In this document: positions 24,485 through 32,000 of the stretch, piece after piece
How the letters are laid out: each line of letters starts with the position of its first letter
Position numbering within the stretch: position 1 is the first letter of the stretch
NCBI RefSeq assembly: GCF_014396165.1
Contig: NZ_CP060715.1
Location: forward strand, 300,001 to 332,000
DNA: 32,000 nucleotides
Origin: Erysipelothrix inopinata
GTDB lineage: Bacteria > Bacillota_I > Bacilli_A > Erysipelotrichales > Erysipelotrichaceae
Direction of reading: 5' to 3'
Program-made: the position numbers and the translations under genes
Notes under the pieces: generated by a model
The model's database searches: none
The model's input: the letters and a program-made list of their open reading frames with translations, nothing else
Told to the model about the DNA's origin: nothing

Positions 24485-26176
24485 TTAGAATTGACTCATG
24501 TATAAGTCGTGATAAAAGCCTTTTAAAGACATTAATTCATGGTGCGTTCCCTGCTCAATCAGATGCCCTTCTTTCATGACCAAGATGACATCCGAATCAA
24601 TGACTGTTGATAAACGGTGGGCTACAAAGAAACTTGTATGTGACTTCATAATTTGCGTAAAAATTGATTGAATTCGTTTCTCAGTTACGACATCAATACT
24701 ACTTGTTGCTTCATCTAAGATAATAATCGGTGCATCCACAATTAATGCTCGTGCAATTGTAATCATTTGTTTTTGTCCTAATGATATATTTTGCGATCCC
24801 AAACTGACTTGAGTATCAAATTGATGATCCAAAGACATGATATAGTCATAACATCCTGCTTGACGTGTCGCTTCTTTAACTTCCTCTAAACTTGCATCCG
24901 GTTTTCCATATTTAATATTATCAAGTATGGTTCCTTCAAAAAGCCATGGATCTTGAAGAACAATCCCCATAAGATTTCGAGTATCGGAACGTGCAATGGA
25001 ATGCGTGTCCACACCATCAATAGCGATAGTTCCTTTATTCACATCGTAGAAACGCATCAGTAGATTAATAAGTGTTGATTTTCCTGCACCGGTTGGCCCA
25101 ACAATCGCTACTTTACTTAATGGTTCAATTTGCAAATTGAGATTTTCAATTAATGGATTATTTTTATTGTATGAGAATGCGACATCATCAAAAGTTACCA
25201 CATCACCTTTGAGTTCAACATGTTTTTCACTGTCAACCTCCAGGGGTTCTTCCAAGACTTCTTGGAACCGTTGATATCCAGCGCGACCGGCTTGAATTTG
25301 CGCAACAATTGCGGAAAATTCATTGAATGGTTTTGAAAACATCATTGAGTAACTGATAAAACTTGTGAGCATCCCAATACTCAATCCATAGTTCATCGCT
25401 GAAAGTGCACCAGTTAGACCTAATAGTAAGTAAGACAAGTTATTTACAACACGGGTCGTTGGATTGGTCATTGCCGATAAGAATTGCGCGCGAACACCAA
25501 TATCACTCAGTTTCTCATTAATTTCCACAAATTCCTTAATAGACTCTTCTTGATAGTTTGAAGTCATAACGAGGACATGGTTATCGATAAACTCTGAGCT
25601 CTTACCACTCAATTGCCCTGCGAGGTCTTGTTGTTTTTTAAAGAGACGTAATGATTTCTTTGAAACAATATGCGATGTCAAGAACACCAACGGAACAAGC
25701 GCAAAGACGATAAAAGTCATTCCCACATTAATCGTAAACATAAAGTACGATGCAATTAAAACTACAAAGATACCATTTAAAAGTTGTGTAAGGAATTGAT
25801 AAAGACCATCTAATATTAATTCTCCATCCATTGCGAATAATGATTGTAGGTTCCCATGTGAGTGAGTATCTAAGTATGATATTGGTAGACGGCTAATATG
25901 ATTTTGAAGTTTGATTCGAAGCTCTTTCACAAAATTAATTGAGATATTATTCGCAATTAACATGGACACCCAGCCTGCAACAAAGTTAATCAAGTAAAAT
26001 ACAGCAGTCATACTGAGATAGTAGAAAACCCCTTCCATATCAACGTTGCCTTGTCCAACCATTAAATCAATCGCTTTTCCTAAGTAAAAAGGAGTCATAA
26101 CTAATGTTAGACTTGAAATAAAGGATGCAATGATACAAAGCACAAGTGAAAATTTATCTTTTTTAGTGAGTTCCAT
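24485..26176 (-). CDS. ABC exporter half-transporter B (consensus ATPase site, degenerate signature), 563 aa
   Basis: Start at ATG 26176 behind AGGAGG. Walker A GPTGAGKST, Walker B IIILDEAT, H-loop VAHR. The signature is ISLGQ instead of LSGGQ. Confidence 0.9.
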   Translation of the reverse strand: MELTKKDKFSLVLCIIASFISSLTLVMTPFYLGKAIDLMVGQGNVDMEGVFYYLSMTAVFYLINFVAGWVSMLIANNISINFVKELRIKLQNHISRLPISYLDTHSHGNLQSLFAMDGELILDGLYQFLTQLLNGIFVVLIASYFMFTINVGMTFIVFALVPLVFLTSHIVSKKSLRLFKKQQDLAGQLSGKSSEFIDNHVLVMTSNYQEESIKEFVEINEKLSDIGVRAQFLSAMTNPTTRVVNNLSYLLLGLTGALSAMNYGLSIGMLTSFISYSMMFSKPFNEFSAIVAQIQAGRAGYQRFQEVLEEPLEVDSEKHVELKGDVVTFDDVAFSYNKNNPLIENLNLQIEPLSKVAIVGPTGAGKSTLINLLMRFYDVNKGTIAIDGVDTHSIARSDTRNLMGIVLQDPWLFEGTILDNIKYGKPDASLEEVKEATRQAGCYDYIMSLDHQFDTQVSLGSQNISLGQKQMITIARALIVDAPIIILDEATSSIDVVTEKRIQSIFTQIMKSHTSFFVAHRLSTVIDSDVILVMKEGHLIEQGTHHELMSLKGFYHDLYMSQF

Positions 26177-27860
26177 GATCATCCTCCTGTGTTTGAATCG
26201 TATGTATTTCATGGTAAAGTCGGCTGTTCTCAAGTAACCATTCGTGAGTTCCCTGAGCACTGATTTTTCCATCTTCTAAAACAATGATTTCATCAGCATG
26301 CATAATACTCGTTGTTCTCTGTGAGATGAAGACTTTGGTTGTATCTTTATAGTTTGCATTTAAATCTTCACGAAGACGACGATCTGTGAGGAAATCCAAT
26401 GCAGAGAAGCTATCATCAAAGATTAAAAGTTGCGGATTTTTATTCAATTCACGTGCGATATTCAATCGTTGTCGTTGTCCACCCGATAAGTTAGTTCCGC
26501 CCACTTCAATTTTTGAGTTAAGACCTTTCTCAATAATTTCATTTCCTTGAGCTTGCTGCAATGACTGTTCGGGATTGCCTCCCTTTTTCATTGTTATATT
26601 ATTTTCAATGCTTTGTGACAAGAATTGAGCAGTTTGAGAGACATATCCAATATGATTTCTTAAATCGTTGAGCTCATAGTTTCTAATATCTTCTTGATTA
26701 ATGAGGATTCGACCTTCAGTCGTGTCATAAAAACGTGGTAACAACTTAACCAGCGTTGATTTCCCACTACCTGTGAGACCAATGATTCCCAATGTAGTCC
26801 CGGGTTTGATATGAAGGTTAATATCCTTCACAACTTTTCGTTTTTCTCCAGGATAGGAAAAAGATACGTTATCAAATACCACATCCATTGCACCTTTAGT
26901 AACTTGAAGCGTTCCTTCATTTTTTATTGTTGGTTCCACATTCATGATTTCTTTAACACGAAGGCTCGAAGTATAGCCACGGGAAAATACCATGACAAGG
27001 TTCATCGAAACAATCAACGTTAAGACAAGCTGTGTACAGTAGTTAATAACCGCAATAATTTGTCCTTGCGTCATGCTCCCATGATCTATCTGAATCGCTC
27101 CAAAGTAAACGAGAATTAAGAGTACAAAGTTCATTATTAGTGATGTAAATGGTGTGGATAATGTTGTAATCCAACCTACATTTCGTTGTTTACGGGCTAA
27201 CTGTTGGTTTGTTTCCGCAAACTTTTCATTTTCAAATTCATTTTTAGAGAAAGCACGAATAATACGAACTCCGCTCATTTGTTCTTTAACACGTTTTACT
27301 AATGTATCAAGAACTGACTGAGCTTTTTTATGTCCACGCATTGATAGCCACATAAACGCAACAACGATAACTACAAAAACAGGAAATGAATAAAGCAAAT
27401 ACATCGCCAGTTGCGGACTTATTTGGGCAAGTGCAAAAATACTCCCCACCATCAATATCGGTGCACGCACACCAAGACGAATAACACGAGCAATCATTTC
27501 TTGAATCAGATTCACATCTGTAGTAATACGGTTTGTTAATACAGCTGATGAATATTGGTCATATTCTGCTAACGAAAATGTATTAATTTTCTTAAATAAC
27601 TTAAGTCGAATCCGTGACCCTACTTTTTGTGATACTTCTGAAGCATAGTACTGACAAACAAGTGATGAAAAATACCCCAAGATGGTAAGGACAAACATCC
27701 AAATAACCATACGATAAACGGTATTCATATCTTTATTTACGATTCCCACATCGATAAGTGTTGCCATCAATAATGGCATCATTAATTCAAATACTGCTTC
27801 AACTGTTTTTGCTAAAACGGCAAGCACAGATTTAAACTTATACCCCTTAAAATACTGCAT
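26163..27860 (-). CDS. ABC exporter half-transporter A (degenerate ATPase site), 565 aa
   Basis: Walker A GLTGSGKST and signature LSGGQ. Walker B is LLIFDDS (Asp replaces the catalytic Glu). The H-loop is ISQR (Gln replaces His). Confidence 0.9.
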   Translation of the reverse strand: MQYFKGYKFKSVLAVLAKTVEAVFELMMPLLMATLIDVGIVNKDMNTVYRMVIWMFVLTILGYFSSLVCQYYASEVSQKVGSRIRLKLFKKINTFSLAEYDQYSSAVLTNRITTDVNLIQEMIARVIRLGVRAPILMVGSIFALAQISPQLAMYLLYSFPVFVVIVVAFMWLSMRGHKKAQSVLDTLVKRVKEQMSGVRIIRAFSKNEFENEKFAETNQQLARKQRNVGWITTLSTPFTSLIMNFVLLILVYFGAIQIDHGSMTQGQIIAVINYCTQLVLTLIVSMNLVMVFSRGYTSSLRVKEIMNVEPTIKNEGTLQVTKGAMDVVFDNVSFSYPGEKRKVVKDINLHIKPGTTLGIIGLTGSGKSTLVKLLPRFYDTTEGRILINQEDIRNYELNDLRNHIGYVSQTAQFLSQSIENNITMKKGGNPEQSLQQAQGNEIIEKGLNSKIEVGGTNLSGGQRQRLNIARELNKNPQLLIFDDSFSALDFLTDRRLREDLNANYKDTTKVFISQRTTSIMHADEIIVLEDGKISAQGTHEWLLENSRLYHEIHTIQTQEDDHGTH

Positions 27861-27891
27861 AAAATAACACCTTCCAAACTAAACTACCAAA

Positions 27892-27900
27892 ACTATAACA
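27892..27900 (-). promoter_or_regulatory. extended -10 promoter TGTTATAGT for the ABC exporter pair
   Basis: TGT-TATAGT on the minus strand, 31 nt upstream of ATG 27860 (about 16 nt upstream of its GGAAGGTG SD). Confidence 0.4.
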
Positions 27901-27928
27901 TAGAGCGCTCATTATTAAAAATATTAAA

Positions 27929-27983
27929 CAAAAAATAAAAGTACTCCAGTTCCTTTGAGATTACTCGCAAGAACTAGAGTACT
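27929..27983 (-). terminator. strong terminator of the lemA-DUF2207 unit
   Basis: AGUACUCUAGUUCUU, 14-nt loop, AGGAACUGGAGUACU (15 bp, two G.U pairs), followed by UUUUAUUUUUU. Confidence 0.85.
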
Positions 27984-27997
27984 GAATAACGATAGGG

Positions 27998-30486
27998 TTA
28001 CCAGCTTCCGCCGCCACCGCCGCCGAATCCGCCACCGCCGAATCCGCCACCGCCACCAAAGCCTCCACCGAAGGAGCCACCGCCCCTGAGGAACCTTTAG
28101 AGGTTGCAGGTACAGAAACCATGGACGACTGAATTGTTGACATAGAACGATTCAAGGTCGACCAAATATAGAAGGTAGTGAAATCAGTACGGGTTGTATG
28201 ATACCAATCTGGTTGTTCAATAGCAATTGATTCAAATTTCTTCGACCAAGCATCAGTGACACCCAGAACATATGCATAAGGCAAGATGTCATAGAAAATG
28301 GTAGGTGATGAATCGACTAACATCTCGATACGATCTTTCTCAGCGACTTCAATAAAACGTTTGAGTCCAAGAATTTGTCCATACCAACGATTCCCTTGAT
28401 CTGTTCTACGCGACATATTCGCCACACAGAATGCTGCGAGACCATACAATAGGTTTACACCGACAAGTAAGAACCCGTTAATATTAAACTTGTTATAAAT
28501 CGGGTAAAGACCAATAGTTAAGAATAATAAGAGTAATCCAAAAATAAATCTACCTGTTGATTTACTTGGAATCGTATTAATATTCTTCGTTCCCAATAAG
28601 AACGTAGAACCAATACTTAGCGCTAAATAGAATGGGAACGCCAATCCAAACATGAGTCCAAGATCACCGGCATATCCTGATCGTGAATATGGTACAAAGA
28701 TATGAACAGCAAGAGGAATAATCGGTAAGAGGATAAACAACATCCATTTTAATACAGAAGATTGACGTTTGAAGACTCTTTCTTCATCATTTTTTAAGAA
28801 CCGCTTGTTCATGTTCATCGTTGCATGTTGAACGGTTGATCCAAAGGTATTATTGAGTTTCTTTGTTGTAATCTCATCTCGACCTTTAAACAATGCATTG
28901 AAGACACGCAATTCCTCACGATTTGTATAGTTATCTAAATCTTTAAGCTTGTTCAGTTGAATGTTATCGCCTTTTTCATCAAGCTCCGTAATGGTTAGAT
29001 AACCTCGTGATGCCCAGTAGATGATTAAGGAAACAACATCTTTACTCTTACTGTGTCCACGATAGACATAACCTATTTCCGCACTTGATAAACCTTCAGG
29101 AGCAGTAAATTCTACTGTTTCTACAATAGGATCCTCTTTACCATGACGACGATACATAAAGTAAACAAATGCAGTTAGAACTACCGCAACAATCATACCA
29201 ACCCAAGTATAGTTAAATGTTGGGTAAGTAAAGTAACCTTTTGGCAACTGGAGTTGAAATTCTTGACCACTACTATTAAAACTCTCTGACACATGACCTG
29301 TTAAAGTTTTTGTTGTCGAATTGTATTCATAGCTAGCACTCCCATTTGTTTCAAACAAACTTAAATCCGGTTCAAAATCTTTAGGAAATTGAATTTCAAA
29401 ATCTAAATTTTTATATGGGAAAGGATTATTTCGAGGAATTAAATCTAAAACAAGAATATCCATATCCTTCTTGCCCAAATCTCGTGAATTTATCGTATAT
29501 GAATAATCAAGAACTTGACTATCTCTAAAATAATTATCATCATAGAACGTTAACATTTGCATTTCGGATTGATTTGATACATCTTTACGACGTCTGTCAA
29601 CTTTTATATCTGTTATAGGATAAATAATTGACTCCGACTTCGAACCCACACGCGTTTCAATTTCTTGAGTTATTGGAATCGTGATATAAGGACGTTGGCT
29701 GTTTAATTTCATTTCAATATGGTTATCTACAAGAATACGTCCATCCTCTTGAACACTCATTTTTATCGATGCATTGTTTGCATACATTGCGAGTAAATCA
29801 AAAGGATCCAAAGGATTCTTGCTGAAATCAAACATACCATCTTCAACTTCAAGCCACATGGTTAGAGGTTCATGATATAAAGGCATGTCATAACTTCCAG
29901 AAATTTTATTATTCTGAATTGAATATTTTACGTCATGATTTTCTTGAGAACCTTCTATATAAAACTTAGGTTGGAGTGAAAATGCACCTGGAAGCTGTAT
30001 ATCAAATGTTGTTTTTTTAATTGGAAACTCCCAATTTTGACCTACGATATTTTGATATAAAAACTGGCGACCTGGTACTCCCAAGTCTTGTGCATTAATA
30101 ACATAGGTATATTCGTATCTCTTCTCGCCACGAATATAATTTCCAGCTTCTCCAATTTTAATAATATGGCCTTCTGTACTTGAATCGACAGTGAAATTTT
30201 CATTTTTCACGTCAATATCAGTTACAGGGAAAACAAATGATTTTGATATACCATCAAAGACAAAATTATCGTACTTTTGAGGAATATCAACGAAGATACC
30301 TTGACGCTTATCATTAAACATCATATCTAAAACTGTTGTGACAAAAATTCGACCATCATCTTTCACATCCATTGAGACATGCATGTTTTCAGCATATACA
30401 TCATCATTCATCGAAGCAGATACTGGAACTATTGGTAACATCAACAGAAAGACAAGTAAGGCAGTTATAAATTTTTTCATTGTCAT
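27998..30486 (-). CDS. DUF2207-type membrane protein with duplicated ectodomain; the Gly-rich C-terminal tail is displaced by a -1 frameshift at a C4/G4 run (28083-28086)
   Basis: Signal peptide, two homologous ~190-aa extracellular modules, a TM helix, a cytoplasmic linker and four more TM helices. One extra G gives the tail SGGGGSFGGGFGGGGGFGGGGFGGGGGGSW* with a stop at 27998. The uncorrected frame reads AVAPSVEALVAVADSAV.. and stops inside the terminator loop (27961). Confidence 0.75.
28025..28054 (-). repeat. exact 15-bp tandem duplication (GAATCCGCCACCGCC x2 on plus) within the Gly-tail coding DNA
   Basis: Direct reading. It encodes GGGGF twice in the corrected frame. It is a local GC spike in an AT-rich genome. 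Confidence 0.9.
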
Positions 30487-30503
30487 ATCTTTCCTTTCAT
30501 AAC

Positions 30504-30523
30504 AAAAAAGGGGGAAATCCCCT
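30504..30523 (-). terminator. weak GC hairpin plus U-tract between lemA and the DUF2207 gene (possible partial terminator)
   Basis: AGGGG-AUUUC-CCCCU followed by UUUUUG, immediately after the lemA stop. Confidence 0.35.
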
Positions 30524-30524
30524 A

Positions 30525-31076
30525 TTAGAATTGAACTTTTACGTTTTGACGTTCCACTTCATTATCAACTTCAAATAATGGTTTGCGGGTGAAACCAAAC
30601 ATATTCGCAATTAAATTAGTAGGGAATGTTTCCAATTTAGTATTAAATTGACGAACAATTCCATTGTAATATTTACGGGATTGAGCGATTTCGGTTTCTA
30701 AAGCTTTTAATTGATTTTGTAAATCAATAAAGTTTGTATTTGCTTTCAAGTCAGGATAGCTTTCACTTAATGCGAAGAGTCTTCCCATAACTTGGCTTAG
30801 TCCATTTTCAGCTTCAATCTTAGCTTCAGGTGTTGAAGCACTTAAAGCAGAGTTACGTGCTTCAATTACAGCTTGTAACGTATCTTTTTCATGTGTTGCG
30901 TATCCTTTAACTGTTTCTACTAAGTTAGGAATTAAATCGTAACGTTTTTTAAGATAAACATCCATCGTTGAGAATGCTTCCTCAACCATATTTCTAAGTT
31001 TTACTAATCCGTTGTATGCGGAGATTACAAAGAGTACAAGTAGTACTACGACTCCTAAAATTATCCAACCAATCAT
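30525..31076 (-). CDS. lemA: LemA-family membrane protein, 183 aa
   Basis: N-terminal TM helix, then YN.LV.LRN .. YL.KR.DLIPNLVE.VKGYA.HE and the LemA-like helical body. Start at ATG 31076 behind GGAGGTG. Confidence 0.9.
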   Translation of the reverse strand: MIGWIILGVVVLLVLFVISAYNGLVKLRNMVEEAFSTMDVYLKKRYDLIPNLVETVKGYATHEKDTLQAVIEARNSALSASTPEAKIEAENGLSQVMGRLFALSESYPDLKANTNFIDLQNQLKALETEIAQSRKYYNGIVRQFNTKLETFPTNLIANMFGFTRKPLFEVDNEVERQNVKVQF

Positions 31077-31102
31077 ATCTAACACCTCCATGTATTATAT
31101 AT

Positions 31103-31131
31103 ATAGTACAACTAATGCAATTCAATGTCAA
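31103..31131 (-). promoter_or_regulatory. lemA promoter
   Basis: TTGACA (31126-31131), 17 nt, TACTAT (31103-31108). Confidence 0.6.
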
Positions 31132-31162
31132 TTTGAAACAACTGCCTCATTTCAAATTTTAA

Positions 31163-31186
31163 GCGAAAAGGTGGTTTCCCACCTTT
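31163..31186 (-). terminator. htpG terminator
   Basis: AAAGGTGG-GAAA-CCACCTTT followed by TCGCTT. The U-tract is short. Confidence 0.5.
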
Positions 31187-31193
31187 CAAATAA

Positions 31194-32000
31194 TTACGAT
31201 AATTTCTTTGACGATTCGACCATAAGTCCTGCTATTTTCTTAGAGAAGTCTACAGGGTCTTCAATCGGTAAGCCTTCAATGAGGCAAGCTTGATCATAAA
31301 GGACTGTCGCATAGGTATCAAGTAGTGACGCATCCTTTTCATAAATTGCTTCTAAAGCACCTAAGAGTTCATGATCTGGGTTAATTTCAAGAATTCTTTT
31401 TGCTTTAAATTCCTCTTGAGAATCTGGCATGGCATTCAGTACTTTTTCCATTTCAAACGACATCCCGTCTTCTGAAACTAAACATACTGGGTGATTCACT
31501 AAGCGAGTTGATAAACGCACTTCATCAACTTTGCTGCTGAGGCTATCTTTAAGAGCACTGATTAAGGATTGCGCTTCTTCAGTTTTCTTAGAAATCTTTT
31601 CCTTGGTTTCTTCATCAATGAGATCAAGATCACCTTGATTGATTGATTTGAATCCTTTTTCTTCATAACTTTGAAGAATTTGAATTACGAACTCATCAAT
31701 TTCATCAGTTAGATAAAGAACCTCATATCCCTTATCTGTAACGAATTCTGTTTGTGGTAACATTTGACATTTACTTACTGATTCTCCCGCAACATAGAAG
31801 ATTTCAGTTTGATCTTCTTTCATTCGAGATACATATTCTTTCAATGTATGATAACTCTCATCATGAGAACTTCTGAATAAGAGTAAATCCTGGAGTTCAT
31901 CACGTTTCATTCCAAAGGATGAGTAAAGGCCATATTTAATCGTCATACCAAATTGTTCCCAAAGTTCTTGGTAAGCTTCACGATCGTTTTTCAACATTGT
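31194..32000 (-). CDS. htpG: Hsp90-family chaperone HtpG, C-terminal ~268 codons; the 5' end lies beyond the window
   Basis: Middle and C-terminal HtpG-like sequence (..FYVAGES.., ..EVLYLTDEIDEF.., ..LYDQACLIEG..). The frame stays open to position 32000, so the track's M is internal. Confidence 0.9.
   Translation of the reverse strand, partial: TMLKNDREAYQELWEQFGMTIKYGLYSSFGMKRDELQDLLLFRSSHDESYHTLKEYVSRMKEDQTEIFYVAGESVSKCQMLPQTEFVTDKGYEVLYLTDEIDEFVIQILQSYEEKGFKSINQGDLDLIDEETKEKISKKTEEAQSLISALKDSLSSKVDEVRLSTRLVNHPVCLVSEDGMSFEMEKVLNAMPDSQEEFKAKRILEINPDHELLGALEAIYEKDASLLDTYATVLYDQACLIEGLPIEDPVDFSKKIAGLMVESSKKLS

Noticed and set aside
10897-28086. Programmed ribosomal frameshifting as the explanation for the two broken genes
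   Set aside because: There is no slippery heptamer and no downstream pseudoknot-like structure. These families are not known to use recoding. Both lesions are single-base losses in C/G homopolymers, which fits a sequencing error or a simple mutation.
27998-28090. GC-rich repetitive patch, considered as foreign DNA or a repeat array
   Set aside because: It is the GGN-codon run of a glycine-rich protein tail. Only one 15-bp unit is duplicated, and there is no spacer structure.
1-32000. Search for CRISPR arrays, IS elements, integrases, toxin-antitoxin pairs, restriction or other defence genes, and prophage remnants
   Set aside because: None was found by reading both strands. Every long ORF has a housekeeping, transport, regulatory or conserved-unknown assignment. 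No repeat-spacer periodicity or terminal inverted repeats were seen.

Overview
32-kb chromosomal segment from a low-GC Gram-positive (Bacillota-type) genome. This is inferred from AT-rich DNA, strong AGGAGG-type ribosome-binding sites, TGA used as a stop codon, and cdaA-cdaR-glmM synteny. I support 31 protein genes (29 on the minus strand), one standalone tRNA-Thr(GGU), and a set of sigma-A-like promoters, intrinsic terminators and cre/LacI-type operators. I saw no rRNA, CRISPR, transposase, integrase, phage or recognisable defence genes, so this reads as core or metabolic chromosome rather than a mobile island. Gene content by coordinate (almost all minus strand): an EF-G2-like GTPase (partial, missing from the ORF track) preceded by an ankyrin-repeat protein, a 22-codon leader ORF and a terminator; a small membrane peptide; csp; an AEC permease plus D-2-hydroxyacid dehydrogenase; a membrane-tethered XRE regulator; a metallophosphoesterase; a 7-gene sugar operon (FucU-type mutarotase, ABC ATPase, permease, binding lipoprotein, LacI regulator, PfkB kinase, single-SIS arabinose-5-P-isomerase-like protein); tRNA-Thr; an aldo-keto reductase; GNAT plus an orphan AgrC-type kinase; a tightly packed cdaA-cdaR-glmM-RR-HK-NYN/OST-HTH-maf string; an asymmetric heterodimeric ABC exporter; lemA plus a DUF2207 protein; htpG (partial). 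Two genes (the sugar permease and the DUF2207 gene) are each broken by loss of one base in a C/G homopolymer. In both, the displaced frame encodes the family-typical C-terminus. The most unusual items are the leader-ORF/terminator-gated ankyrin + EF-G2 operon, the sugar operon pairing a FucU-type mutarotase with a kinase and an A5P-isomerase-like enzyme, the lemA/duplicated-DUF2207 module, and the extension of the c-di-AMP operon. Nothing here can be called a new system from sequence alone. All family calls rest on motif recognition from memory, not on searches.
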